Part shown: positions 1-9,247 of the stretch, piece by piece
Numbering within the stretch: position 1 is the stretch's first letter
How the letters are laid out: each line of letters begins with the position of its first letter
Source of the DNA: a virus
Lineage: Duplodnaviria > Heunggongvirae > Uroviricota > Caudoviricetes
Virus record (IMG/VR): IMGVR_UViG_2706794662_000007
Length of the DNA stretch: 64,000 bases
Direction: 5' to 3' (one strand)
The notes under the pieces: generated by a model
What the model saw: the letters and a program-made list of their open reading frames with translations, nothing else
The model's database searches: none
What the model was told of the DNA's origin: nothing
Made by a program: the position numbers and the translations under genes

Positions 1-319
1 CACCTTTGAGGGCGATCTCCGAACCGTTCTTCAACACGATTGTCATCGTGGTGTCGTTCTTTTTCCTAACCCACTTACGAGGCAGAACTTCCTGTAGATC
101 GTCCCACAAAATCTGGCGAGCCATCTGGTAAGTAGGAGCGACATACCAGACTCTTTGCTTTTTTTCCTTTGCCGCCGCACGAATAATAGTGGAGATCGAC
201 AACCGGGATTTTCCCCAGCGTCGACCAGCACAAACAACTTTAAATCGATGCGGAGACTGGAAGACTTTCATCTGTCCAGAATGCAGTTGCACAAGACTGA
301 GCGAGGACGGGATTGCCAT
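1..319 (-). CDS. terminase large subunit, N-terminal part (runs off window edge)
   Basis: Manual minus-strand translation from ATG at 319-317 gives MAIPSSLSLVQLHSGQMKVFQSPHRFKVVCAGRRWGKS... with a Walker A P-loop; start overlaps stop of upstream small terminase (TAATG). Not in ORF track because truncated. Confidence 0.55.
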   Translation of the reverse strand, partial: MAIPSSLSLVQLHSGQMKVFQSPHRFKVVCAGRRWGKSRLSISTIIRAAAKEKKQRVWYVAPTYQMARQILWDDLQEVLPRKWVRKKNDTTMTIVLKNGSEIALKG

Positions 320-951
320 TATTCGTCCTCCCCTTCACTTCCATCATCTGTCGCATCAAATTCGCTTAGAGCTTCTTCTTCCAACGTCTCAAGCAATTCG
401 TCATCGATGATTTCAGGCTCGTCGTCTTCCTGACGTAATTTCGCCACCTGGGAAGGCGTAAGCTCACCAAATACCAGGTTCGGAATTTCTTCCTCGTCAT
501 TTTCCGCATGATCCATGCCCAATGCTTTGGACGAAACTTCAAAGCATTTTGCAAGAGTATTACTGGCTCTCTGTAAGCTCTTGAGAGAATCCTCAATCGC
601 CCCTAAAGGCTTACCCTCACGTTTGGCCGTAGTGACTTCGACCATCACCATCTGCCCCAACGCATACGCCCAGCCGTCATAACGTGTACGACGTTCTTCT
701 ATCTTTTCCGCACGGGCTTTAGCGCGAAGCTCTGCGTCAGATTTAAGAGACTCACGAACCATCTTCCCAACAGAGTCCGCGCCTTTCTCTAATCCTCGCT
801 TTTTGAAATGTCTGGAGAGTGTTTCACGACGAATGCCGTACTCTTCCTCCAGCTTTGAGAGTGTATATTCGCCTGACGTCCATTTGGCTTCAGCTTCGGC
901 CCACTCCGCTGGTGTCAGGCGAGTTTTTACCTCGTCTTTTTCGACCGTCAT
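319..951 (-). CDS. terminase small subunit (HTH N-terminus, acidic C-terminus)
   Basis: 210 aa; N-terminal HTH-like segment TLSKLEEEYGIRRETLSRHFKKRG, acidic tail; directly upstream of and coupled to the large terminase ORF. Confidence 0.5.
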   Translation of the reverse strand: MTVEKDEVKTRLTPAEWAEAEAKWTSGEYTLSKLEEEYGIRRETLSRHFKKRGLEKGADSVGKMVRESLKSDAELRAKARAEKIEERRTRYDGWAYALGQMVMVEVTTAKREGKPLGAIEDSLKSLQRASNTLAKCFEVSSKALGMDHAENDEEEIPNLVFGELTPSQVAKLRQEDDEPEIIDDELLETLEEEALSEFDATDDGSEGEDE

Positions 952-1066
952 AGATCCCTCTAAAACACACAGAGCGCGTCCATGCGCTCTAAAACAACTT
1001 GTTTACTGCATATGCTAACCAACTTGTTTTCTGGGGTGTTTAATTAGGTCTGGGCATGTCTTACTA

Positions 1067-1123
1067 AGCCTGCTTCTGTATATATTTAATAAGTTACTTA
1101 TTATTTATATATACAGAAGCAGG
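1067..1123. repeat. long nested inverted repeat element, copy 1
   Basis: cctgcttctgtatatat...atatatacagaagcagg with palindromic AT-rich loop aataagttacttatt; flanked by outer inverted repeat ggtctggg/cccagacc. Confidence 0.7.
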
Positions 1124-1147
1124 TCTTTAAATAAGCTCCCAGACCGA

Positions 1148-1414
1148 TTACATCACCAGTAACTTCGCTTTGGCTCGACCTAAAGTGGTTAACCCAAGAG
1201 TCCGGCGGTGATAGCGATTGTCACTGCGTTGGCGCGTATGTCCTTTCTCCACCAGCCCCTTTTTTATCAGAGCGCGAATTGAGAACTGGATGCTTTGCTT
1301 GGTTGTCTTGTACGGCAAAACTTCAAGCAATTCGTCCAGATCAAGTAGATGACCTCGCTCATAACCGAGATTGAGCGTTTTGATGATGTCCTTTTGTTTG
1401 TCGGTTAACGTCAT
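1148..1414 (-). CDS. small winged-helix-like DNA-binding protein (hypothetical)
   Basis: 88 aa ORF, basic, HTH-like segment KQSIQFSIRALIKKGLVEKG; last gene of the leftward operon starting at 4568. Confidence 0.4.
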   Translation of the reverse strand: MTLTDKQKDIIKTLNLGYERGHLLDLDELLEVLPYKTTKQSIQFSIRALIKKGLVEKGHTRQRSDNRYHRRTLGLTTLGRAKAKLLVM

Positions 1415-1423
1415 GGCAAATCC

Positions 1424-2323
1424 TTATGCCGGTAAAGCAATTTCTAACGGTTTATCCAAAGGTTGTTTGTCGAATGCCAGCAGTGGCAGCGTGTCAGGCA
1501 GTCGACGACCAAAGTCAGGGTTTCGGTACACACCATACAACGGAGACGTAAAGCTCAGGTTGTGAATGTCCTTGAGCAGCTTCACAATGCTGGCCTCGTC
1601 CACCAGACTGTCGGCAATGTCCTGAATCGTCGTGCCACGATTCCGCCCAGCTTTTGCCAGGGAACTGTTCTTGTGGTAGTCCGCCACCAGATCACGCAGT
1701 GCACGGCGACGACGAGACTCGCTCATTGCGAACAACTCTTTGACGATCGCCTCGTTATCACCAGGGTCGGAACGGAAATGGCGCTGGAATACACGCAGTG
1801 CACTTTCATAGCTCTTCGGTCGCTCAGGGCGGATGAACTTAAACCCTGCTTTCATGGCGAAGGGATTGTATTTGCTCATCGAGGACTGGATCTCAATGAT
1901 TGGCCGGTCATGCATCCTGCTAACCAGGTTAATCATTCGATAAGAGACGCCTACGCCACGATACTGAGTATCCACAACTGAGCGACTGATCACCGCAAAG
2001 TTGTTATTCACGTACCGACCCCAGTACTGGTTAGCTACGGTGGTATTAGTGGTTGGTTTCAACTTAGGAAACATGCGGTGGCGAGGTGCCAACAGTAGTT
2101 TCGGGTAAGCCATAACCACGACGCCCACCAGACGGTCATCAAGTTCGCAGCGATAGTAAGTTGGCGCGAAAGGTTTGCCGTCTGTTTTGTAGTGAAGCGA
2201 CTTAAGAGCGTGCCAGTCCTCTACAGTTCCCTTTGTGACAGTCATTCGCTCCAGAAAGTCCAGATGACGCGGAAACTCTTCAGGGCGGTAGCGTTTGATG
2301 ATGATATCTGCCATGTCGATCAC
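1424..2323 (-). CDS. hypothetical protein (possible GNAT-like fold)
   Basis: 299 aa ORF; RGVGVS motif resembles acetyltransferase motif A; start overlaps upstream stop. Confidence 0.45.
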   Translation of the reverse strand: MIDMADIIIKRYRPEEFPRHLDFLERMTVTKGTVEDWHALKSLHYKTDGKPFAPTYYRCELDDRLVGVVVMAYPKLLLAPRHRMFPKLKPTTNTTVANQYWGRYVNNNFAVISRSVVDTQYRGVGVSYRMINLVSRMHDRPIIEIQSSMSKYNPFAMKAGFKFIRPERPKSYESALRVFQRHFRSDPGDNEAIVKELFAMSESRRRRALRDLVADYHKNSSLAKAGRNRGTTIQDIADSLVDEASIVKLLKDIHNLSFTSPLYGVYRNPDFGRRLPDTLPLLAFDKQPLDKPLEIALPA

Positions 2324-2574
2324 CTGCGCTCGATATTGGCATTGATGAAATCCAGGCGAAGAGACTCCATCGCCCCTACCATGACATACGGGCGCCCGCC
2401 GTTATGCCAGCAATCAAGAACACTGCCGTCGTTGTTGATCATCAACAGCGCCAGGCTCTGGCTTTTTCCTTCTCTGGCGTGCTGAAGTGCTTCTTCCAGC
2501 AGGCGGATGACTTCCACGTTGTTGTTATCAGTCTCTTTCGATGGCTTCAGCTCTACGATCTTCAAATCAGGCAT
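2320..2574 (-). CDS. hypothetical protein
   Basis: 84 aa ORF, coupled to flanking genes by overlapping start and stop. Confidence 0.4.
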   Translation of the reverse strand: MPDLKIVELKPSKETDNNNVEVIRLLEEALQHAREGKSQSLALLMINNDGSVLDCWHNGGRPYVMVGAMESLRLDFINANIERR

Positions 2575-3205
2575 ATTCCACCTTCACGCGTTCTTTGTAG
2601 TGCTTGGTGATCTGCATATCCGGGCGCAGCGCGTTCTTCAGGTCTTCGTGAGTCGTCGCCACCATTACCGTCGCACCAACCTTTCGAGCGGCACGCTGGA
2701 GGTTAGACGCCACAACCTGAGCGGTTACACGGTCTAGAACAGCGCCGAACTCGTCAGCAGCCCATACTTTAGCGCCTGACTCAATCAGTTTGGCAATCTT
2801 GAGACGATATTTCTGGCCGTCTGACATTTCAGAAGGCTTGCGAACAAACAGATATGCATCGTTCAGACCAGCCATAGATAACAACCCAAGCGCATCACTG
2901 GTCGTTTTGCCCAACTGATCGATGACGTTAACCTCATTATCGAAGGTAAAATCATCGATGGAGGCTACAGACAGCCCTTCATCCTTCATCTGTCGTTGCA
3001 ACTCGCGCAGCACAACGGATTTGCCGGAACCGGATTGGCCGGTGATGTACACCACATCGCCCTGCTTCACTTCCAGCTCCAGATTGTCGTAAAGCGTCCA
3101 CTCTTTTTCGTCCAGGCCAAGCCCGAACGACTCAGCGATTTCCAACGTGCGCGTGGTTTTATTTACGCGTGTCTGAAACGATACGTTGATGATGTATTTG
3201 CTCAT
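2567..3205 (-). CDS. standalone ABC-type ATPase (nucleotide-binding domain only)
   Basis: Walker A GQSGSGKS, ABC signature MSDGQKYR, Walker B VWAADEF, H-loop ATTHE; only 212 aa and no transmembrane partner nearby. Confidence 0.7.
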   Translation of the reverse strand: MSKYIINVSFQTRVNKTTRTLEIAESFGLGLDEKEWTLYDNLELEVKQGDVVYITGQSGSGKSVVLRELQRQMKDEGLSVASIDDFTFDNEVNVIDQLGKTTSDALGLLSMAGLNDAYLFVRKPSEMSDGQKYRLKIAKLIESGAKVWAADEFGAVLDRVTAQVVASNLQRAARKVGATVMVATTHEDLKNALRPDMQITKHYKERVKVEYA

Positions 3206-3870
3206 GCAGCCATCTCCCCGGAAGAGATTTTCTCCGCATATGCCACAAATGCGTCTACCCCGCTTTCTCCCGTCATTTCTTCCATGTGGGCAAGCAAATC
3301 ACCAACAACAATGGCAGAGCCAGCAGGAAGCGTTTTAAAGCCCAATACGTCGACAACACGTACTTCTTCCGCTGCAACTTCACGACTGATCTCGGTGTGT
3401 TCATCCTTCTGTCGTTTAGTTTCTTCGCCAAGATCGATAACTAGCGAGTCGGTGTCCATTTCTTCTGTCATACTGCCAACGAGAACATTCAACTCACGCT
3501 CTTCGAAGCCGAAAACCTCGATATCGTCCAGAACAAGCGACTCAAGCTCTTTCTGTAGCTTAATTGCATCGTAATCAATGCTGGCAAGTCGGTTATCTTC
3601 AAGGCGCTTCGCACGAACCTCGTCATCACTGAGATCATCGCGAACAATAACCGGTACACGCTCAAGTCCAGCAAAAATTGCAGCCTCACGACGGCCGTGG
3701 CCAGTAATAATTACGTCGTTCTTATCGACCGTAATTGGCTGGTCAAATCCGCGCTTTTTAATGGCTGCGGCCAGATCTCTGATCTGCTGTTCATCATGCT
3801 TTTTGGCATTCATCTCATAGGGAATAAGATCTGCCGGGTCGCGATATACGATTTCAAACTTTTTGGTCAT
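3202..3870 (-). CDS. ParB N-terminal domain (ParB/Srx-like nuclease fold) protein
   Basis: ParB-NTD motif ITGHGRREAA; start moved to internal ATG (M12 of track ORF) that overlaps upstream stop as TAATG with GGAG ribosome-binding site. Confidence 0.65.
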   Translation of the reverse strand: MTKKFEIVYRDPADLIPYEMNAKKHDEQQIRDLAAAIKKRGFDQPITVDKNDVIITGHGRREAAIFAGLERVPVIVRDDLSDDEVRAKRLEDNRLASIDYDAIKLQKELESLVLDDIEVFGFEERELNVLVGSMTEEMDTDSLVIDLGEETKRQKDEHTEISREVAAEEVRVVDVLGFKTLPAGSAIVVGDLLAHMEEMTGESGVDAFVAYAEKISSGEMAA

Positions 3871-4568
3871 TACATACGCTCCTTGTAGTAGTCGACCAGC
3901 CACACCAGAGCCTCACCAGCGTTCTCCATTTCATTACCGGTGTTAATAGCCTGCTCTTTGATGATGTTTTTTATGGTTTCTGCAACACGATCTGACGCAT
4001 CGAAAGTTACTTTGAAGCGCATGGTCTGATGTTCCGCCCCCACACGTTCGGTTTTCTCTCGTTTGTCGGTATCGACAGGCTCATCACTACCACGAGACAA
4101 CGCCTCCAGTGCTTCAAGGTCGATTGCCGCCTCTTTTGCTAAAACCATCGAGATTTCGTCGTCATACGGGGCGATTTCAGACAGTTGATAGTCAAGTTCT
4201 GACTGAATTTCTTCAATGAAGCGTTGCAATGCGATTTGGTCGTCTTCACCGTATCGCTCGTTGTCCACCAGTGACATCTGTTTAGCTACGACATCGCTAA
4301 TTTTGCCCACAGAAAGCACTGGAACCGTTGAAATTCCTTGCTCAATAGCGGCACGCCAGCGATGTTCGCCGCCGAGGATTTCAAAAAATCCATCTTCAAG
4401 TTCACGAGCCAAAATTGGCTTAAAAAAGCCCAATTTTTCGATAGAACCTTTCAGTTTTTCGAAATTCTGCGCACCAACCGAATTGGTGTTCCAGGTATTC
4501 GGGCGAAGGTTGGCAACATCAACCTGCAAAATCGTGATTTTTACGTCCATTTTATTGCTACAATCCAC
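3870..4568 (-). CDS. ParB N-terminal domain protein (paralog of neighbour)
   Basis: ParB-NTD motif ILGGEHRWRAA; first gene of leftward operon; motif B upstream at 4567-4589. Confidence 0.65.
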   Translation of the reverse strand: MDCSNKMDVKITILQVDVANLRPNTWNTNSVGAQNFEKLKGSIEKLGFFKPILARELEDGFFEILGGEHRWRAAIEQGISTVPVLSVGKISDVVAKQMSLVDNERYGEDDQIALQRFIEEIQSELDYQLSEIAPYDDEISMVLAKEAAIDLEALEALSRGSDEPVDTDKREKTERVGAEHQTMRFKVTFDASDRVAETIKNIIKEQAINTGNEMENAGEALVWLVDYYKERM

Positions 4569-4632
4569 TAAGTAATCACTTACTTATTATAATAGCCAAA
4601 TAACATACAAAAGGCACTAAGGAAAGAGGTTT

Positions 4633-6192
4633 ATGACTGTTCGGATTGTATCTAACGCAGTAAATGCGCTTATTTCTGGCGCAGATGACAAGGTAAAGCA
4701 ACTGGTGCAGCAAATGTTGAGCTACGAAGTCGAGGCTGGCGACTGGAAGGGCACAAGCACAATGTTCAACTGGAGCAAAAACTCGTTCCCTGCTGGCTTT
4801 GCCAAGCCCGTGGCGGCTAATTTGAACAAGGCGGGCATCAAATGTGTTCATATCCGCAAAGACAAAGCCCCGGCGCTTGGTAAACCAAATCCGGCGGTTA
4901 ACCCATTCCCATACAATCCTGATTATGCGTATCAGGATCAGACTGTGGAAACACTGGTTCGAGAGGGAATGATGATTGCGCAGATCGCTACTGGTGGCGG
5001 GAAATCTAACGTTGCCTGCAAAGCAGCTGCACGTATCGGTCGAATGACATTATTTTTAACAACCCGCTCTGTTCTGATGTTTCAAATGGCCGAAAACTTC
5101 CAGAGATCCATCGACTACCGCGCCAAAAATGGCGAACCGTGGTTAAAAGACCAAAAGGTTGGAGTCATTGGCTCGGGTGAGTTCCAGGTATCACGACATA
5201 TCAACGTCGCTACAGTTCAAACTCTTGCAAGTTTCCTCGAAGAACCACCACGCGATGCAACACCAGATAAGAAAAGCTACCACCTCAAACGTCGGGAGTT
5301 GGTGAAACGCTTCCTTTCAAGTGTCTCTCTTCTTATTCTGGAAGAGGCGCATGAGTCTTCAGGCTCAAATTTCTATGACATCGCCAGATTATGTGTGAAC
5401 GCAGACTATCGTCTGGCGCTTACAGCCACGCCGTTCATGAAGGATTCGACGGAAGCCAACATGCGCCTGATGGCGGTGGCCGGGCGAATTGAAATTAAAG
5501 TCACAGAAAAGTATCTGATTGATCGAGGCATTCTGGCAAAGCCGTACTTCCTTTATCATAAAGTTGCCTACAAGCCAGACGAGGCCAGAATCAAGGCCGA
5601 ACTTGCCAACAAACACCTCAATTTTAGAGTTGGTATGAGCACCGCCTACCAAAAGGCTTATCAGTTGGGGATCGTGTATAATTTGGGACGTAACGAGGCC
5701 ATTGTGCGCGAAGCATTGCTCTATAAGCAACATTCTCTCAATTGTATGACTCTGGTTCGCCTTAAACGCCACGGGCAAATCCTGATGGAAATGATGAAAG
5801 AGTCCGGCCTTAGAGTTGACTTCATCTATGGGGAATCTAACCAGGCGACAAGGCAAGCAAAGCTGAACAGTTTAGCGTCTGGAGAAATAGATGTTTTAAT
5901 AGGCTCGACTATTCTGGATGTCGGTGTTGATGTGCCAAGCGTTGGTGCGGTCATTCTTGCTGGTGGTGGGAAAGCAGAAGTTGAAATGAGGCAGCGTGTC
6001 GGTCGTGGCTTACGAGCCAAGAAGAATCAGGCAAACGTGTGTTTTATCACTGATTTCATTGACATTAGCAACAAATACCTGTTGTCTCACTCTTATGAGC
6101 GAAAACACATCATCGACACCACACCTGGCTTTGCAGAAGGTGTATTGCCTATTGATGGCGCATTCGATTTTGGAGTTCTGAAACGAGATTAG
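4633..6192 (+). CDS. SF2 (DEAD/DEAH-type) helicase
   Basis: Walker A ATGGGKS, Walker B LILEEAHE, motif III TATP, motif VI QRVGRGLR. Confidence 0.8.
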   Translation: MTVRIVSNAVNALISGADDKVKQLVQQMLSYEVEAGDWKGTSTMFNWSKNSFPAGFAKPVAANLNKAGIKCVHIRKDKAPALGKPNPAVNPFPYNPDYAYQDQTVETLVREGMMIAQIATGGGKSNVACKAAARIGRMTLFLTTRSVLMFQMAENFQRSIDYRAKNGEPWLKDQKVGVIGSGEFQVSRHINVATVQTLASFLEEPPRDATPDKKSYHLKRRELVKRFLSSVSLLILEEAHESSGSNFYDIARLCVNADYRLALTATPFMKDSTEANMRLMAVAGRIEIKVTEKYLIDRGILAKPYFLYHKVAYKPDEARIKAELANKHLNFRVGMSTAYQKAYQLGIVYNLGRNEAIVREALLYKQHSLNCMTLVRLKRHGQILMEMMKESGLRVDFIYGESNQATRQAKLNSLASGEIDVLIGSTILDVGVDVPSVGAVILAGGGKAEVEMRQRVGRGLRAKKNQANVCFITDFIDISNKYLLSHSYERKHIIDTTPGFAEGVLPIDGAFDFGVLKRD

Positions 6193-6194
6193 TT

Positions 6195-6473
6195 ATGAGC
6201 GAAAAGAAAACAACTTATTGTCAGGTGGCATTGTCCGATAAGGCCAATGACAAACTTGGAAAGTTTCAAATGAAACTAAAAGAAAAAAACATCAAAATGT
6301 CTAAGGCTGAAGTTATCAATACCATTCTGGAGACGATGACGATGGCTGAATTTGACAAAGTTTCATCTGCCGTTGGAGTCTCTGCTAAGGCTCGTGAGAA
6401 AATCATGCGCATCTATGAGAACTCTAATATGACAAAGGAAGATTTAGAGCAAATTCTAAGCAAACTGCCGTAA
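6195..6473 (+). CDS. hypothetical protein
   Basis: 92 aa ORF 3 nt after helicase stop; followed by hairpin terminator. Confidence 0.45.
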   Translation: MSEKKTTYCQVALSDKANDKLGKFQMKLKEKNIKMSKAEVINTILETMTMAEFDKVSSAVGVSAKAREKIMRIYENSNMTKEDLEQILSKLP

Positions 6474-6528
6474 TATTGGATTCTTAGTCAATTTCAGAAT
6501 TGCCAGACTTGAAGAGCTAATAGACAGA

Positions 6529-6561
6529 GTGCGGCAACAACGCCTTTGCCGCACAGCTTTT
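6529..6561 (+). terminator. rho-independent terminator-like hairpin
   Basis: gtgcggcaa...ttgccgcac stem followed by agctttt. Confidence 0.5.
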
Positions 6562-6654
6562 AGAGAAAACACGTCTGCTATTTACAGTTGAAAACTTATC
6601 GTTTGAGACTATTGGATATTTATAATTCTACTTTGCAATAATCGCTGTATAAAA

Positions 6655-7248
6655 ATGAAACGTTCGTTACTTCTTGCTTGTATATACCTCTCGTCATTTT
6701 CCGCCAATGCGTTGTCAGATATCGTCTCCGACATGCAAAAAACGTACAGCATGTATACTTCTGAAGACGTACTAAAATACGAATCACGAGGTCTGATTCA
6801 ACCAGTCTGGTTCAGATTCTCAGATAACGCAGAAGAAACAATACTTAATGCAGGAAAAGAAAGATTACGGTTGCAAATTAACGGAACCGCTGTACCAGAA
6901 AACGTTAATGTAAGCTCTGACGAAGCCATGAAGCCATCTGGAATTGTTTTGGAAGTTCAAGACGGCACACTTTACTGTGATGAAATGGCTACAACAGGTT
7001 GCCAAGTAAACATTAGGGTTGGCAATGAAGAGCCTATCGTTACTTACGCCAAGGCTGAAGGGAATACAAGTGGAAAGGTATTGTTTATCGATGAAAATAC
7101 CTCAAAACGTATCGTTCGTGACATACAGAAAACAGCGAACTCTAAATCCGTCGATAAAAAAATCTATGTTGAGGTTCCCTTCTTTGTCGTTGGTAACAAA
7201 GAATTTAAATTTGGGTTGCTGAAAACACCTCTAAGAGTATCAGAATGA
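6655..7248 (+). CDS. secreted protein with cleavable signal peptide (hypothetical)
   Basis: N-terminus MKRSLLLACIYLSSFSANA; in AT-rich island; stop overlaps next start (ATGA). Confidence 0.5.
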   Translation: MKRSLLLACIYLSSFSANALSDIVSDMQKTYSMYTSEDVLKYESRGLIQPVWFRFSDNAEETILNAGKERLRLQINGTAVPENVNVSSDEAMKPSGIVLEVQDGTLYCDEMATTGCQVNIRVGNEEPIVTYAKAEGNTSGKVLFIDENTSKRIVRDIQKTANSKSVDKKIYVEVPFFVVGNKEFKFGLLKTPLRVSE

Positions 7249-7766
7249 GAACATTGGACATCACCTACGGCATACCGGCTGAAGTATGGCCGCGAGACTA
7301 CGAACATGCTGAACGTACCTTGCTCTTCTGGCGGAGTGCAAAATTTCCTGTAAGAGTCACTCTCGAAGACGGCCAAGTGTTTTGCATGTATGTCTACGGG
7401 CTATTGAGCGCAAGAAATAAGCTGAACCTCACACCAGATCCGCTTAGCAACACAAATCGTATAAGGCTCCCTCTTGAGCGCATTAGCACAATTGAGTCGG
7501 GCATAGAAGAGGTTGACACTTCATTCACAGGTCGACTAACGCTAAACAATGAACAGATGGTTAATCAGCCATCACGTCGTGACTTTTTTAAGATATGTCG
7601 TCAGGCTTACCAAAACGGCAAATCTATAAGGGTCTACATGGCAGACGGTCGCGAAATTGAGGGAACGTCAGATGGCGTTGACGCCTGTCTAGTCACACTT
7701 AAGTTGGAAGACGGTAGAAAAATACTTATTTTCTTCGATTGGGTTGAACGAATCCTTCCGTTTTAA
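7245..7766 (+). CDS. hypothetical cytoplasmic protein coupled to secreted protein
   Basis: 173 aa ORF overlapping upstream stop. Confidence 0.5.
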   Translation: MRTLDITYGIPAEVWPRDYEHAERTLLFWRSAKFPVRVTLEDGQVFCMYVYGLLSARNKLNLTPDPLSNTNRIRLPLERISTIESGIEEVDTSFTGRLTLNNEQMVNQPSRRDFFKICRQAYQNGKSIRVYMADGREIEGTSDGVDACLVTLKLEDGRKILIFFDWVERILPF

Positions 7767-7780
7767 TTTCTATAAGGGTA

Positions 7781-7808
7781 ATAACCGGCTAAGTCCGGTT
7801 ATTATTTT
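7781..7808 (+). terminator. terminator-like hairpin
   Basis: aaccggctaagtccggtt stem followed by T-rich run. Confidence 0.45.
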
Positions 7809-7959
7809 ACATGCCATTCATTTTATACTCTTTCAATTCTACCCCGTATAAATATATAAGGTCTAAAGCCGGAATCGATTATTTATTTAGGGAACACCCT
7901 CGACGATCTAACATTTATTTCTAGGACTTTCATCCCTGCAAAAAAACTTAAAAAAACAC

Positions 7960-7988
7960 TTGCAATCTTTTTTCGCGTATCGATAATT
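7960..7988 (+). promoter_or_regulatory. candidate sigma70 promoter for 8064 gene
   Basis: TTGCAA, about 17 bp spacer, GATAAT, roughly 75 bp upstream of ATG with AGGA ribosome-binding site. Confidence 0.35.
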
Positions 7989-8063
7989 GAACGCATCAGG
8001 AACGAGTGCAAAACACTTTCTTTCTTGAGTTAAATTTTAATATTTATACTAAGGAATAAAATC

Positions 8064-8714
8064 ATGGCTAACATTATCATTTCTAAAAAGTCCATCATTG
8101 AAGCTGCATCTATTGTATCCGACGAACTGCGCGAAAAAGCAGATCTGGCAACTCAAACATATAACGAACATTATAAAAATGGTACGCACACTAAAGCAGA
8201 CAAAGCAAATATGCAAGCTGCGACCACTAAACTTGCTTACTTCATCAACAACGTCGTAAACGCTGTAGAAGACGAAAAATTATGCTCTGTTTTCTACTAT
8301 GCGATTAAAGCAAGCAAACAAGCGCCAGAAGTATTTTTTCGTGACGCTATGACTAATAGTTATTCACTGGAAAAACTGGTTTATCTGGTTAAATCAATTA
8401 AAGCTGGAAAATGTGTTTATTCCGTCGCTGATATGTCTGGATCTCGTGTATTCGCTTTAATCGATATGATTAACGACGAGATCGACACGTTCACGAATGG
8501 CGCTGTTTTCGATTTAATGAATGAAGCCAAAAAAGCGTGTGAAATTAAATTGGACGCTGGCTATACTCAAGCTAACCAGCTAATCAATCTTTGCGAACGT
8601 CTCGGACTTGTTGAGAAAGTCAAAGGAATGGGAAGCGCCAAAGCTGGTACACAGCAATATCGCTTTATCAAGAATGATTTCTACAATTATCTAGCTGACG
8701 CTTTCAAAGCGTAA
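8064..8714 (+). CDS. hypothetical protein (AT-rich island)
   Basis: 216 aa ORF, low GC codon usage, AAGGA ribosome-binding site. Confidence 0.5.
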   Translation: MANIIISKKSIIEAASIVSDELREKADLATQTYNEHYKNGTHTKADKANMQAATTKLAYFINNVVNAVEDEKLCSVFYYAIKASKQAPEVFFRDAMTNSYSLEKLVYLVKSIKAGKCVYSVADMSGSRVFALIDMINDEIDTFTNGAVFDLMNEAKKACEIKLDAGYTQANQLINLCERLGLVEKVKGMGSAKAGTQQYRFIKNDFYNYLADAFKA

Positions 8715-8763
8715 TTAATGGAATCAAGCGCCCACTATGGGCGCTTTAAAGGAGCTTTAAAAA

Positions 8764-8967
8764 ATGGTCAGCTATGACAAGATCCGCGCGGAATATCGCG
8801 CAAAGTATCGCGCTTATAAACTAGAATTAATCAATGATTTAATCGCGCAACGCGACCAATTAAATTTTACGTTTTCTGATTTGCTTAACAGCAAACGAGA
8901 TTGCAAGCGTAAACGTGAATACTTACGTTTAAGCGCATTAATCGGAAAACTTCATAATTCTATTTAA
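8764..8967 (+). CDS. hypothetical small basic protein
   Basis: 67 aa ORF with AGGAG ribosome-binding site. Confidence 0.4.
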   Translation: MVSYDKIRAEYRAKYRAYKLELINDLIAQRDQLNFTFSDLLNSKRDCKRKREYLRLSALIGKLHNSI

Positions 8968-8987
8968 TTTTTTTAAGGAGCTTAATC

Positions 8988-9215
8988 ATGGTTATTTTCA
9001 TCTCTGGCGTAAATATCAATAATCATACTCTTGTTTATGATATTGCTGGTTTAGCTGGATATGCTCTAAGTTCTGAAGTGGTTGATGAAACAACGTTTAA
9101 AATAAACATCAATGACGTAGAACATAGAGCGCGCGCAGGAATCAATGAAGCAGATGTTACTTTAATGCTTCAAGAATTTTTAAACGCTGGTTTTAATATT
9201 CGCTTAGAAAAATAA
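8988..9215 (+). CDS. hypothetical small protein
   Basis: 75 aa ORF with AAGGAG ribosome-binding site; followed by strong terminator. Confidence 0.4.
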   Translation: MVIFISGVNINNHTLVYDIAGLAGYALSSEVVDETTFKININDVEHRARAGINEADVTLMLQEFLNAGFNIRLEK

Positions 9216-9222
9216 AAACAAT

Positions 9223-9247
9223 AGCGCCCATAGTGGGCGCTTTTTTC
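9223..9247 (+). terminator. rho-independent terminator
   Basis: agcgcccatagtgggcgct stem followed by tttttt. Confidence 0.6.

Noticed and set aside
2567-3205. ABC-type ATPase considered as the ParA partner of the adjacent ParB-like genes
   Set aside because: It has a classical P-loop GQSGSGKS plus the ABC signature LSGGQ-like motif rather than the deviant Walker A KGGxxK[ST] of ParA/Soj ATPases, so a canonical type I partition system is not supported.
4576-4851. Minus-strand ORF of 91 aa
   Set aside because: It overlaps the 5' end of the well-supported plus-strand helicase gene and the divergent promoter region; no support.
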